Shown here one piece after another: positions 8,175-15,968 of a stretch of 24,000 bases of DNA. The notes under the pieces were generated by a model. It was not told where the DNA came from. It did not search any database and saw only the letters and a program-made list of their open reading frames with translations. The translations under genes and the position numbers were made by a program. The stretch lies in assembly GCA_002084425.1 (NCBI GenBank), contig NBLN01000005.1, forward strand, positions 101,360 to 125,359. Direction: 5' to 3'. The stretch's first letter is position 1; every line of letters starts with the position of its first letter. Source of the stretch: Desulfobacteraceae bacterium 4572_130 (lineage in GTDB: Bacteria > Desulfobacterota > Desulfobacteria > Desulfobacterales > Desulfobacteraceae).

Positions 8175-8813
8175 ATGAATCAGATTATGGAATTCTTGAG
8201 TAAGCAAAATTGGGGCGCAATACTTCAAGGAATTGGTGCTATATGGGTTGCAATCGTGGCTACTGTTGCTTTGACTCAATGGAAAAAACAAATAAAACTG
8301 CAACAACACCTTGACTTGATCAACCAGTTAACAGATGAGATTCATAAATTCATGCTTGCTGCTTCTCCAGTTGTTAATTCAATAAAGTACATAAAAATCG
8401 GTTTTAAAAGTTTCTCGAGTACCAATAGAAAATATAAACACATAAAACACAATGGTATGATTTCTTTTATAGAAAAACACGGGAATAAACAAAATGAAAA
8501 GATGATCAAACAAATTGTCCCATTAAAGAAATCACTTAGCAAAATTTCCTCTCTATCAGCTAAAGGCCAGATGTATGGTATTAATAACTATGCAAAAGCA
8601 ATGTTATCTATTAAAAAAATTGAACATATTTTTGGTCAAATTGAGGCATTTACGTATTTTATTGGAAATACAGATCTAAATTGGCATCACCCTGATGTAC
8701 AAAAGACTCTGTTTGCTATTGCAGAAATAGATGAAGAGCATATTTATCAGAATTTAGCTGAGCAAAATATTGAATACTTAAAATTCGCAAAGAAATTATA
8801 TAGAAAGATATAA
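8175..8813 (+). CDS. Hypothetical membrane-anchored protein (one N-terminal TM helix, helical C-terminal region), putative cassette cargo
   Basis: The track ORF begins at TTG 8115, inside the palindrome. I prefer ATG 8175 (MNQIMEFLSKQNWGAILQGIGAIWVAIVATVAL...), giving 212 aa. No recognisable family motif. Confidence 0.55.
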   Translation: MNQIMEFLSKQNWGAILQGIGAIWVAIVATVALTQWKKQIKLQQHLDLINQLTDEIHKFMLAASPVVNSIKYIKIGFKSFSSTNRKYKHIKHNGMISFIEKHGNKQNEKMIKQIVPLKKSLSKISSLSAKGQMYGINNYAKAMLSIKKIEHIFGQIEAFTYFIGNTDLNWHHPDVQKTLFAIAEIDEEHIYQNLAEQNIEYLKFAKKLYRKI

Positions 8814-8816
8814 GTA

Positions 8817-8877
8817 ACCGAACAAGCGTTTAGACTCAGACAGGACTACATGTGCGCGTTTTCAAACGCTGTTATTT
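8817..8877 (+). mobile_element. attC-like imperfect palindrome (candidate integron cassette recombination site 2)
   Basis: Starts 3 nt after the stop at 8811-8813. Left core ACCGAAC (6/7 to RYYYAAC), right core GTTATTT. AACA(A)GCGTTT pairs with AAACGCTGTT (10 bp, one extrahelical A). The inner partial stem ACTCAGACA/TGTGCGCGT pairs at 6 of 9 positions with a 2-nt asymmetry. Length is 61 bp. Confidence 0.45.
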
Positions 8878-9284
8878 AATCTTTTTGTTTTTCGTTGTTC
8901 TGTTTTGGTCACATGATCCCCCAATATGCAATTGATAAATCTTTTCCCATGTCTATCAACAATACCCACATTTTAAATTTTTGCTCATGACAAATTTTAT
9001 TATCCATGATAAACAAATTCTGGCGTTTTTTTGAGGAAAAATTCAAAAACTAATTAAAACAATAACTTTTAAAAATATTTAATCTATTGGGAAAGTTATA
9101 CTGCAAAAGGTCATTGTTTGTGATTTGTCCACTTTGACAAGCTCAACAACCGTAATAGTGTATGTTCTTAAATAACACAAATTGGGTTTGTTTCAAATTT
9201 TTGTCATTATATAAAAAACACAATTTATGCCGGTATTCAGCATAATTATTACATAGTCTATAAATTTAAAAATTCCTGAAAATT

Positions 9285-9426
9285 GGAGGTAATTATATGT
9301 TACACCGTACATGAAATTGAAATATCTTTCATTATACCAGTTGGGTAATTGTTAAAAAATTTATATGCGCTAGTTACGGTGTAGCTATGTTTTAATAAAA
9401 ATATTATGACATAGTATTTTTCTTTT
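9285..9426 (+). promoter_or_regulatory. Candidate structured leader upstream of yedE (SD + 5-codon mini-ORF, long-range pairing, terminator-like hairpin)
   Basis: GGAGG at 9285-9289, then ATG TTA CAC CGT ACA TGA at 9297-9314 (MLHRT). TACACCGTA (9301-9309) is the exact reverse complement of TACGGTGTA (9375-9383). A nested hairpin ATGAAA/TTTCAT lies between them, and a hairpin plus T-tract follows. Confidence 0.35.
9385..9426 (+). terminator. Intrinsic-terminator-like hairpin plus T-tract ~55 nt upstream of the yedE start
   Basis: CTATGT-tt-TAATA-aaaa-TATTA-tg-ACATAG (9385-9414) followed by TATTTTTCTTTT (9415-9426). The stem is AT-rich and therefore weak. Confidence 0.4.
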
Positions 9427-9480
9427 AATCGTGATTTAGCGTGTGTGTATTACAACATCGTTAAAATAAAAGGAAATATT

Positions 9481-10599
9481 ATGTCTGTTAAACCATTTTC
9501 TCGTTTTCTTGCTTCCAAATGGGGGATAGTTATAATTGGATCTGTTATAGGAATTATAGCTTCTATTTTACAAAAACTTGGCAATCCTCCTAATATGGGT
9601 ATTTGTGTTGCTTGTTTTCAGCGTGATATTGCAGGTGCCCTGGGGCTTCACAGAGCCTCTGTTGTTCAATATATTCGACCAGAAATCCTTGGATTTGTTC
9701 TTGGGTCAATGGTTGCTGCCTTTATTTTTCGTGAATTTAAAGCACGCACAGGTTCTGCTCCAATTGTTAGATTTGTTCTAGGTATATTTGCAATGATAGG
9801 GGCTTTAACCTTTCTAGGCTGTCCTTGGAGAGCATTACTTAGACTTGCTGGTGGAGACTTAAATGCTATTGTTGGATTAATAGGATTAACCATTGGCATT
9901 ACCATTGGTGATCAATTTCTTAAATATGGCTATAACCTTGGCCGTTCTTACAAAACCTATTTTTCAGCAGGATTAATTATGCCTGTTATAATGGCAGGCT
10001 TGCTGTTTCTGGCTATCTTCTCACCAAAATTTACTACAAATGGAGCTATTTTTTTTAGCACCAAAGGGCCTGGAGCTTTACATGCTCCTCTTATAATTTC
10101 TCTGGGAGCAAGTTTAATCATAGGTTTTCTATCTCAACGAACACGATTTTGTACAATGGGCTCAATTCGTGATGTGTTATTAATAGGAGACCCCCATTTT
10201 ATTAGAGGTATTATTGCTCTTATCATATCAGCTTTTCTAGTAAATTTAATGCTAGGGCAAGTGAATTTTGGCATTACAGCACAACCAATAGCACATAGTA
10301 ATCATTTATGGAATTTATTAGGAATGGTTCTAGCTGGATTAGCTTTTGTCCTGGCTGGCGGCTGTCCAGGAAGACAGCTTGTTTTGTCTGGAGAAGGCGA
10401 TGGTGATGCATCAGTGTTTGTTCTAGGAATGGTTACAGGTGCTGCCTTTGCCCATAATTTTGGATTAGCTGCCAAACCAGATAAAATTTTAAATGGTGTT
10501 GTTTATGTTGGAGGTGTTTCATCAGCTGGAATGGCAGCAGTAATTATTGGGATACTAGTTTGTGTGATTATTGGCTTTACTATGCGTGAAAAAATATAA
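9481..10599 (+). CDS. yedE: YedE/YeeE-family membrane protein (putative selenium/sulfur-compound transporter)
   Basis: Polytopic membrane protein with the conserved Cys-containing blocks GICVACFQRDIAG, FLGCPWRALLRLAGGD, RTRFCTMGSIRD and AGGCPGRQLVLSGEGDGDA. I chose the start at ATG 9481 (AAGGA SD) over the track's GTG at 9445. Confidence 0.85.
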   Translation: MSVKPFSRFLASKWGIVIIGSVIGIIASILQKLGNPPNMGICVACFQRDIAGALGLHRASVVQYIRPEILGFVLGSMVAAFIFREFKARTGSAPIVRFVLGIFAMIGALTFLGCPWRALLRLAGGDLNAIVGLIGLTIGITIGDQFLKYGYNLGRSYKTYFSAGLIMPVIMAGLLFLAIFSPKFTTNGAIFFSTKGPGALHAPLIISLGASLIIGFLSQRTRFCTMGSIRDVLLIGDPHFIRGIIALIISAFLVNLMLGQVNFGITAQPIAHSNHLWNLLGMVLAGLAFVLAGGCPGRQLVLSGEGDGDASVFVLGMVTGAAFAHNFGLAAKPDKILNGVVYVGGVSSAGMAAVIIGILVCVIIGFTMREKI

Positions 10600-10609
10600 G
10601 AGGTGTAAA

Positions 10610-10813
10610 ATGAAAATAGATGCCTGCGGTCTTTCATGTCCCCAACCTGTTCTTTTAACTATGAATGCTATAAAAGATAATAAATTATTTTTTGAAGTCA
10701 TGGTAGACAGTAATATTGCTTGTGAAAACATACAGCGTCTAGCTGAAAATAAAGGTTATAAAATACAAATTAAAAAAACAGAAAAAAAATTTCATCTAAT
10801 ATTAACCAAGTAA
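10610..10813 (+). CDS. TusA/SirA-family sulfurtransferase-like protein (YedF-like partner of YedE)
   Basis: 67 aa. MKIDACGLSCPQPVLLT carries the TusA CPxP active-site motif. GAGGTG SD before ATG 10610, which lies 10 nt after the yedE stop. Confidence 0.85.
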   Translation: MKIDACGLSCPQPVLLTMNAIKDNKLFFEVMVDSNIACENIQRLAENKGYKIQIKKTEKKFHLILTK

Positions 10814-10978
10814 AAACTTCCCATATATTTTGAAAAATTTTGTAAAGGGCTCATAATAAAATAAAACTTCCTATACTATTTAATTAACAATGTCTAAGTC
10901 TAAAATTTCTATGAGATTTATAAAAAAAAATAAATTGAAATAAACAAAACCATATGATATTCTGATGGGAGTTTTTGT

Positions 10979-11055
10979 GGTGGGTGTAGCTCAGTTGGTA
11001 GAGCGCTAGGTTGTGGTCCTGGATGCCGAGGGTTCAAGTCCCTTCACTCACCCCA
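10979..11055 (+). tRNA. tRNA-His (anticodon GTG), with G-1 and an encoded CCA
   Basis: Hand-folded cloverleaf. Extra G-1, acceptor GTGGGTG/CACTCAC, D arm GCTC-AGTTGGTA-GAGC, anticodon arm CTAGG-TTGTGGT-CCTGG (GTG at 34-36), T arm GAGGG-TTCAAGT-CCCTT, discriminator C, then CCA. Confidence 0.95.
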
Positions 11056-11322
11056 TTAAATAGAAAGTACCTATTATTTAAGTCTTACTCATCAAAAAAA
11101 ATCCTTATTTCCCCAAAACAAAAAAAAACTTATTTTTTTATTAAAAATTATATAATGGGAAAAAATCTATATTGAAATATGGTTACATGGCAATTCTGGT
11201 GAGCTTGGGCGTTTAAATTCTTCATTCTAACTTCTTAAATTATATTATGTTGGAGTTTTAAAAAATACTAGGAATCAGTAAATAAAAAAATTTTTCAATG
11301 GCTTTAAGAATGGAATTAAAAT

Positions 11323-12012
11323 ATGAATTTTGAAAATAACCTTTCTGTAAAACTTAAAGGTGTTGGAGATGGATTTTGGGTTACTTTAAATCCACTGGCA
11401 AAAGAAGCCAAATTAAAAAAAGATATTTCACAACTTTTTGAACGTCTTAAACACCTTGCAATTAATGCTAAAGTTGTTATTGATATTGGGGATGGCGTTG
11501 GTTATGATGAGCTTATTTCCAACATAGGATTATTTTTAAAAGAAAAATTTGATGTTGGTTTTGTATCACAATCTCCTAGGAAAAAATCAAAACCTTTAAA
11601 ACGCATCCGACAACGTGATCTTTCAAAGGAATGGGCGCATCATAGAAGTGATGTTTTAATGATTAGAGGAAGAGTAAGATCAGGACAAAAAATAACAACA
11701 AAAAAACATATTGTTATTATAGGAGATATTAATCCCGGAGCTGAAATATATGTTGGCGGAGATATTATTGTAATGGGAAAACTTATGGGACAAGTTTATG
11801 CAGGATATCCCAATAATGACAAGGCTATTATAATTGCCATTGATTTTAAACCAACTCAAGTACAGATCGGAAGCTTTATAGCTAGGGAACTTAATAAAAA
11901 TTCTTCTGAAATCAGGGCAAAATTTGCTTGTGTCAAAAAAAGCATAGTAGTTATTCAGGATTATCTCAAAGCAAATCCTTTTAAAGACATACCATGGCCA
12001 GAAGTAATATAA
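11323..12012 (+). CDS. minC: Septum site-determining protein MinC
   Basis: 229 aa. The C-terminal beta-helix repeat IIGDINPGAEIYVGGDIIVMGKLMGQVYAG is typical of MinC, and the gene lies upstream of minD and minE. Confidence 0.85.
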   Translation: MNFENNLSVKLKGVGDGFWVTLNPLAKEAKLKKDISQLFERLKHLAINAKVVIDIGDGVGYDELISNIGLFLKEKFDVGFVSQSPRKKSKPLKRIRQRDLSKEWAHHRSDVLMIRGRVRSGQKITTKKHIVIIGDINPGAEIYVGGDIIVMGKLMGQVYAGYPNNDKAIIIAIDFKPTQVQIGSFIARELNKNSSEIRAKFACVKKSIVVIQDYLKANPFKDIPWPEVI

Positions 12013-12252
12013 CTTACTAAAACCTAAAAAACTGCTATCTGTTGAGACCTTTGTACAAACGCATTTTTTATAAAAATACTTTAAAAACATAAATTTTTTT
12101 TAATTTTTAATCTAAAAAATATTTGTAAATGCTTATAAATAGAGGATGCTCTTTTATAGAAAATATAAAATTTATGTTTTATAATATAGGATTTGGAATG
12201 ATACCATGTATATTGGTATATAATGAGTTTTAATGTCTAATTGAGGTGTGAA

Positions 12253-13053
12253 GTGGAAGGTAGAATTATAGTAGTAACATCAGGAAAAGGCGGGGTAGGT
12301 AAAACTACTGCTACAGCTTCTATTGGAGCGGCCCTTGCCATGGAAGGCAATCGAGTTGCTGTTATTGATATGGACATTGGTCTTAGGAACCTAGATGTAG
12401 TACTTGGTTTAGAAAATAGAATTGTATTTAATATTGTAGATGTAGTTAATAAAAAATGCAAAATCAGGCAGGCAGCCATAAAAGATAGAAGAATTGAAAA
12501 TCTTTTTCTTATTCCTGCATCCCAAAGTGATAATAAAGACATTTTATCAACATCCGGGATAAAGCGTACTGCAAAAACTTTAAAAAAAGAATTTGATTAT
12601 ATTATTATGGATTCTCCAGCAGGTATTGAAAAAGGATTTGAAAATTCCGTTGTAGCTGCTGATGAAGCTATTGTAATCTGTACTCCTGATGTTTCATCTA
12701 TTCGAGATGCTGATCGAGTTATTGGGCTTCTTTATGCACGTTCAATAACCCCCAAAATAGTTGTTAATAGAATTATACCAAAAATGGTTGCCAAAGGTGA
12801 TATGCTGAACCACCAAGATATAATGGAAATTCTTTCTGTGGAACTAATAGGTCTTGTCCCAATGGATGAACAAGTAGTAATTTCAACCAATATAGGTTTA
12901 CCTCTAGTTATGCAAAATGATTCCAAAGCAGGACAAGCTTTTAAGCGTATTGCAAGAAGGCTGAATGGTGAAATTGATTTACCTATAGAAATACCTATCA
13001 GTAAAACAGGAATATGGAACAAAATATCACAAAAATTTGGTTTGACAAAATAA
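12253..13053 (+). CDS. minD: Septum site-determining ATPase MinD
   Basis: Deviant Walker A IIVVTSGKGGVGKTT, and a C-terminal amphipathic tail ending KISQKFGLTK. I chose the start at GTG 12253 (GAGG SD 6 nt upstream) over the track's TTG at 12241. Confidence 0.9.
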   Translation: MEGRIIVVTSGKGGVGKTTATASIGAALAMEGNRVAVIDMDIGLRNLDVVLGLENRIVFNIVDVVNKKCKIRQAAIKDRRIENLFLIPASQSDNKDILSTSGIKRTAKTLKKEFDYIIMDSPAGIEKGFENSVVAADEAIVICTPDVSSIRDADRVIGLLYARSITPKIVVNRIIPKMVAKGDMLNHQDIMEILSVELIGLVPMDEQVVISTNIGLPLVMQNDSKAGQAFKRIARRLNGEIDLPIEIPISKTGIWNKISQKFGLTK

Positions 13054-13063
13054 GGAACATCCC

Positions 13064-13330
13064 ATGCTTAAGGAACTGATTAAAAAATTGATAGGGCATA
13101 AATCAAGCAAAAATACTGCTAAAAAAAGACTTCAATTTACTCTTGTATATGACAAGCTTGAGATGAATGATAATATACTTAATGAACTTCAAAGTGATAT
13201 TATAAATGTTATTTCAAGATATTTTAAAATTGATAAAAAATCACTTGGACTTAAAGTTAAGCATGATAAGAATATGTCAGCCTTAGTGTTTAATACCCCT
13301 ATTCTCTGTGTAAAAAGGGAAAAAGCTTAA
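13064..13330 (+). CDS. minE: Cell division topological specificity factor MinE
   Basis: 88 aa. N-terminal membrane-targeting and anti-MinCD region MLKELIKKLIGHKSSKNTAKKRLQFTLVYD. AAGGAA SD. Lies immediately after minD. Confidence 0.9.
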   Translation: MLKELIKKLIGHKSSKNTAKKRLQFTLVYDKLEMNDNILNELQSDIINVISRYFKIDKKSLGLKVKHDKNMSALVFNTPILCVKREKA

Positions 13331-14094
13331 CAAGAACTTTCTTTAATACTTTTTAAAAGAAGTTTTCCTGTTTTTATACCAAGGTTAATAAAATCAGGAC
13401 CATATTTAGCACCAGTATGTGTACGAAATGTTTTTTTTATTTGTTCAAGTTTTTTTATTCCATCTGGATATTTTTTAACAAATTTTTTAAAAGGTATATT
13501 TGAAAAAATTAACATATCCCATAATGTATGAGTAAAATTATCTTGTCCCCACCTAAATTTATCTGCATCATAAAGTGCATCAGAGATAAGAGTACTATCC
13601 CCTTTTTCATTATTAATATTAAAAGCTTCATGTTTTCTTATGGCAGTACAGATAATAAAAATTTCATCTAAAGATAAAGAATAATTTCCTTTTTTTAAAA
13701 ATGTCTCAGCAAATTTTGCACCTTTTTCTGCATGACATTTTTCCTTTCTTTTTATATCATGGAACAAACCTACTATTTGAACAAGAAGTATATTTCTTTC
13801 AATATTTTTTATATTAGAGGATGTTTGATTTGCCTTTGAGCTAGAATTTAATTCTATTTGAACTATTGCTCCAGCATCCTGGCAAACTAAACCAGCATGA
13901 AGTTGCCCATGACCAAAATTATTTTCCATTAAAGGCATAATCTGTTTTTTTAATTTTATAAGAATTGGATGAGTCTCAAAGTTCTTTTTTGAAATTTTTA
14001 TTTCTTTGAAAAAAATTCTTTGAAATTCAGGTGTTGGCAGAGTTAGAACTATCTGCCTTGCCTTTTTCCTTAACTGAAGATAAATTTCTTTCAT
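13327..14094 (-). CDS. HD-domain-containing protein (predicted metal-dependent phosphohydrolase)
   Basis: The GLFHDIKRKE (HD dyad) and HAEKGAKFAETFL blocks. The start is ambiguous between ATG 14094 (chosen) and TTG 14109 (track). Lies 39-54 nt downstream of aspS on the same strand. Confidence 0.65.
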   Translation of the reverse strand: MKEIYLQLRKKARQIVLTLPTPEFQRIFFKEIKISKKNFETHPILIKLKKQIMPLMENNFGHGQLHAGLVCQDAGAIVQIELNSSSKANQTSSNIKNIERNILLVQIVGLFHDIKRKEKCHAEKGAKFAETFLKKGNYSLSLDEIFIICTAIRKHEAFNINNEKGDSTLISDALYDADKFRWGQDNFTHTLWDMLIFSNIPFKKFVKKYPDGIKKLEQIKKTFRTHTGAKYGPDFINLGIKTGKLLLKSIKESSC

Positions 14095-14148
14095 AAATAT
14101 ATTATTCAATTTAGAAAGTAAAAAATTATAATTACTTAAGCAAAGCTT

Positions 14149-15939
14149 TTATTCTTCTAATAATTCTGAGACTTTTATACCAAGTTCTTGAAGTTTTCTA
14201 GAAGATATTTTTGAAGGAGCATCTGTAAGACTACATGCTGCTTTCTGAGTTTTAGGAAAAGCAATAACATCACGAATTGAATCTTCCTGACAAAGAAGCA
14301 TTACCAGTCTGTCAAACCCAAAGGCAATACCTCCATGGGGTGGTGCTCCTGAAGAAAGTGCATCAAGAAGAAATCCAAATTTATTTTGTGCTTCTTGCTT
14401 ATCAATACCAAGTGCATTTAAGACTTTTTCCTGTAATCCTTTGGAATGAATACGAATGCTTCCGCCTCCTATTTCTGTTCCATTTAATACTATATCATAT
14501 GTTTTTGCTTTAACTTCTAGGAGAGCAGTTTCAAGTTTCTCCAAATCCTCTTCCAAAGGCGATGTAAAAGGATGATGAAAAGCCTGATACCTTTTTTCTA
14601 CTTTATCGTATTCAAGTAATGGGAAATGTGTTACCCATACAAATTTATAGACATTTTTATTAACAAGATTAAGATGCCTGGCAAGTTGATTTCTTAATTG
14701 TCCCAGGGCTTCATTTGCAATTTGGGCACTAGCTGCAACAAAAAAAACAATATCCCCGACTTCCATATTAAGACAGTTACTTAATGCTTGTTTTTTCTCG
14801 TCTGTAAAAAATTTTGCAATTGGTGCCTGCCATCCATCTTGCTTTACCTTTATCCATGCAAGCCCCTTTGCCTTATAAATAGATACAAACTCGGTAAATT
14901 CATCAATTTCCTTTCTTGTGAAAGTTGAATGGCCTTTTACATTAATGGCTTTAACTATACCTCCTTTTTTAACAACATTTGAAAAAACATTTAAACCAGC
15001 ATCTTTTACAATATTTGAGACATCACATAATTCAAGGGCAAACCTCATATCAGGTCTGTCAAGCCCAAACCTTGCTATAGATTCATCATAGGTAATTCTT
15101 TTAAAGGGAAGTTCAAGATTAATATCTAATACCTTTTTAAATATTTGTTTTATCAATCCTTCAGCAATTTCAATAATTTCATCCTCATTTACAAAAGACA
15201 TTTCCATATCAATCTGAGTAAATTCAGGTTGACGATCAGCTCTTAGATCCTCATCTCTAAAACATCTGACAATTTGATAATATTTTTCAAATCCACTTAT
15301 CATAAGAAGTTGTTTAAAAAGTTGAGGGGACTGGGGTAAAGCATAAAATGCTCCTTGATTTATACGACTTGGTACAAGATAATCCCTTGCACCTTCAGGA
15401 GTACTTTTGGTAAGAAAGGGGGTTTCAATATCAACAAAACCGTTTTTATTTAAATAATCCCGTACTACCATTGATACCTTATGTCTTGTAAGAATATTTT
15501 TTTGAAGCCTGGGGCGTCTAAGATCAAGATGTCTATATTTAAGTCGTACACTTTCAGAAGTCTCAACATTTTTTTCAATTTGAAAGACAGGGGTTTCAGC
15601 TGTATTCAATATTTTAAGCTCATTAACTAATACCTCAATATCTCCTGTTGCCATATTAGAATTAATCATGTTATCAGGTCTTTGAACAACTTTTCCAATT
15701 ACTCCTAATACATATTCATTTCTTATGGACTGAGCTTTGGTATGAATTTTTTTATTAATTTCTGGATTAAATACTATTTGAGTTATTCCCTTACGATCCC
15801 TTAAATCAATAAATATTACTCCACCATGATCTCTACGCTTTTGTACCCAACCCATAAGTATAACTTGTTTGTTAACATGTTTTTTTTCCAATTCTCCGCA
15901 GGTACAGGATTTTTTCATACTTCCAAGTAAATCATTCAC
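14149..15939 (-). CDS. aspS: Aspartate--tRNA ligase
   Basis: N-terminal OB fold CGELEKKHVNKQVILMGWVQKRRDHGGVIFIDLRDRKGITQIVF, class II motifs FRDEDLRADRQPEFTQIDME and GGGSIRIH, and GFDRLVMLL at the C-terminal end. The GTG at 15939 has an AGGGGA SD; ATG 15918 is an alternative start. Confidence 0.95.
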   Translation of the reverse strand: MNDLLGSMKKSCTCGELEKKHVNKQVILMGWVQKRRDHGGVIFIDLRDRKGITQIVFNPEINKKIHTKAQSIRNEYVLGVIGKVVQRPDNMINSNMATGDIEVLVNELKILNTAETPVFQIEKNVETSESVRLKYRHLDLRRPRLQKNILTRHKVSMVVRDYLNKNGFVDIETPFLTKSTPEGARDYLVPSRINQGAFYALPQSPQLFKQLLMISGFEKYYQIVRCFRDEDLRADRQPEFTQIDMEMSFVNEDEIIEIAEGLIKQIFKKVLDINLELPFKRITYDESIARFGLDRPDMRFALELCDVSNIVKDAGLNVFSNVVKKGGIVKAINVKGHSTFTRKEIDEFTEFVSIYKAKGLAWIKVKQDGWQAPIAKFFTDEKKQALSNCLNMEVGDIVFFVAASAQIANEALGQLRNQLARHLNLVNKNVYKFVWVTHFPLLEYDKVEKRYQAFHHPFTSPLEEDLEKLETALLEVKAKTYDIVLNGTEIGGGSIRIHSKGLQEKVLNALGIDKQEAQNKFGFLLDALSSGAPPHGGIAFGFDRLVMLLCQEDSIRDVIAFPKTQKAACSLTDAPSKISSRKLQELGIKVSELLEE

Positions 15940-15968
15940 TTGCTAATTCCCCTATTTTTTAATTTTTA

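Noticed and set aside
10811-10880. Direct repeat AAAACTTCC[C/T]ATA at 10813 and 10863 (50-nt spacing) between tusA and tRNA-His
   Set aside because: There are only two short copies (~16 of 18 identical) in AT-rich spacer, with no associated structure or integrase. That is insufficient to call an att site or a regulatory repeat.
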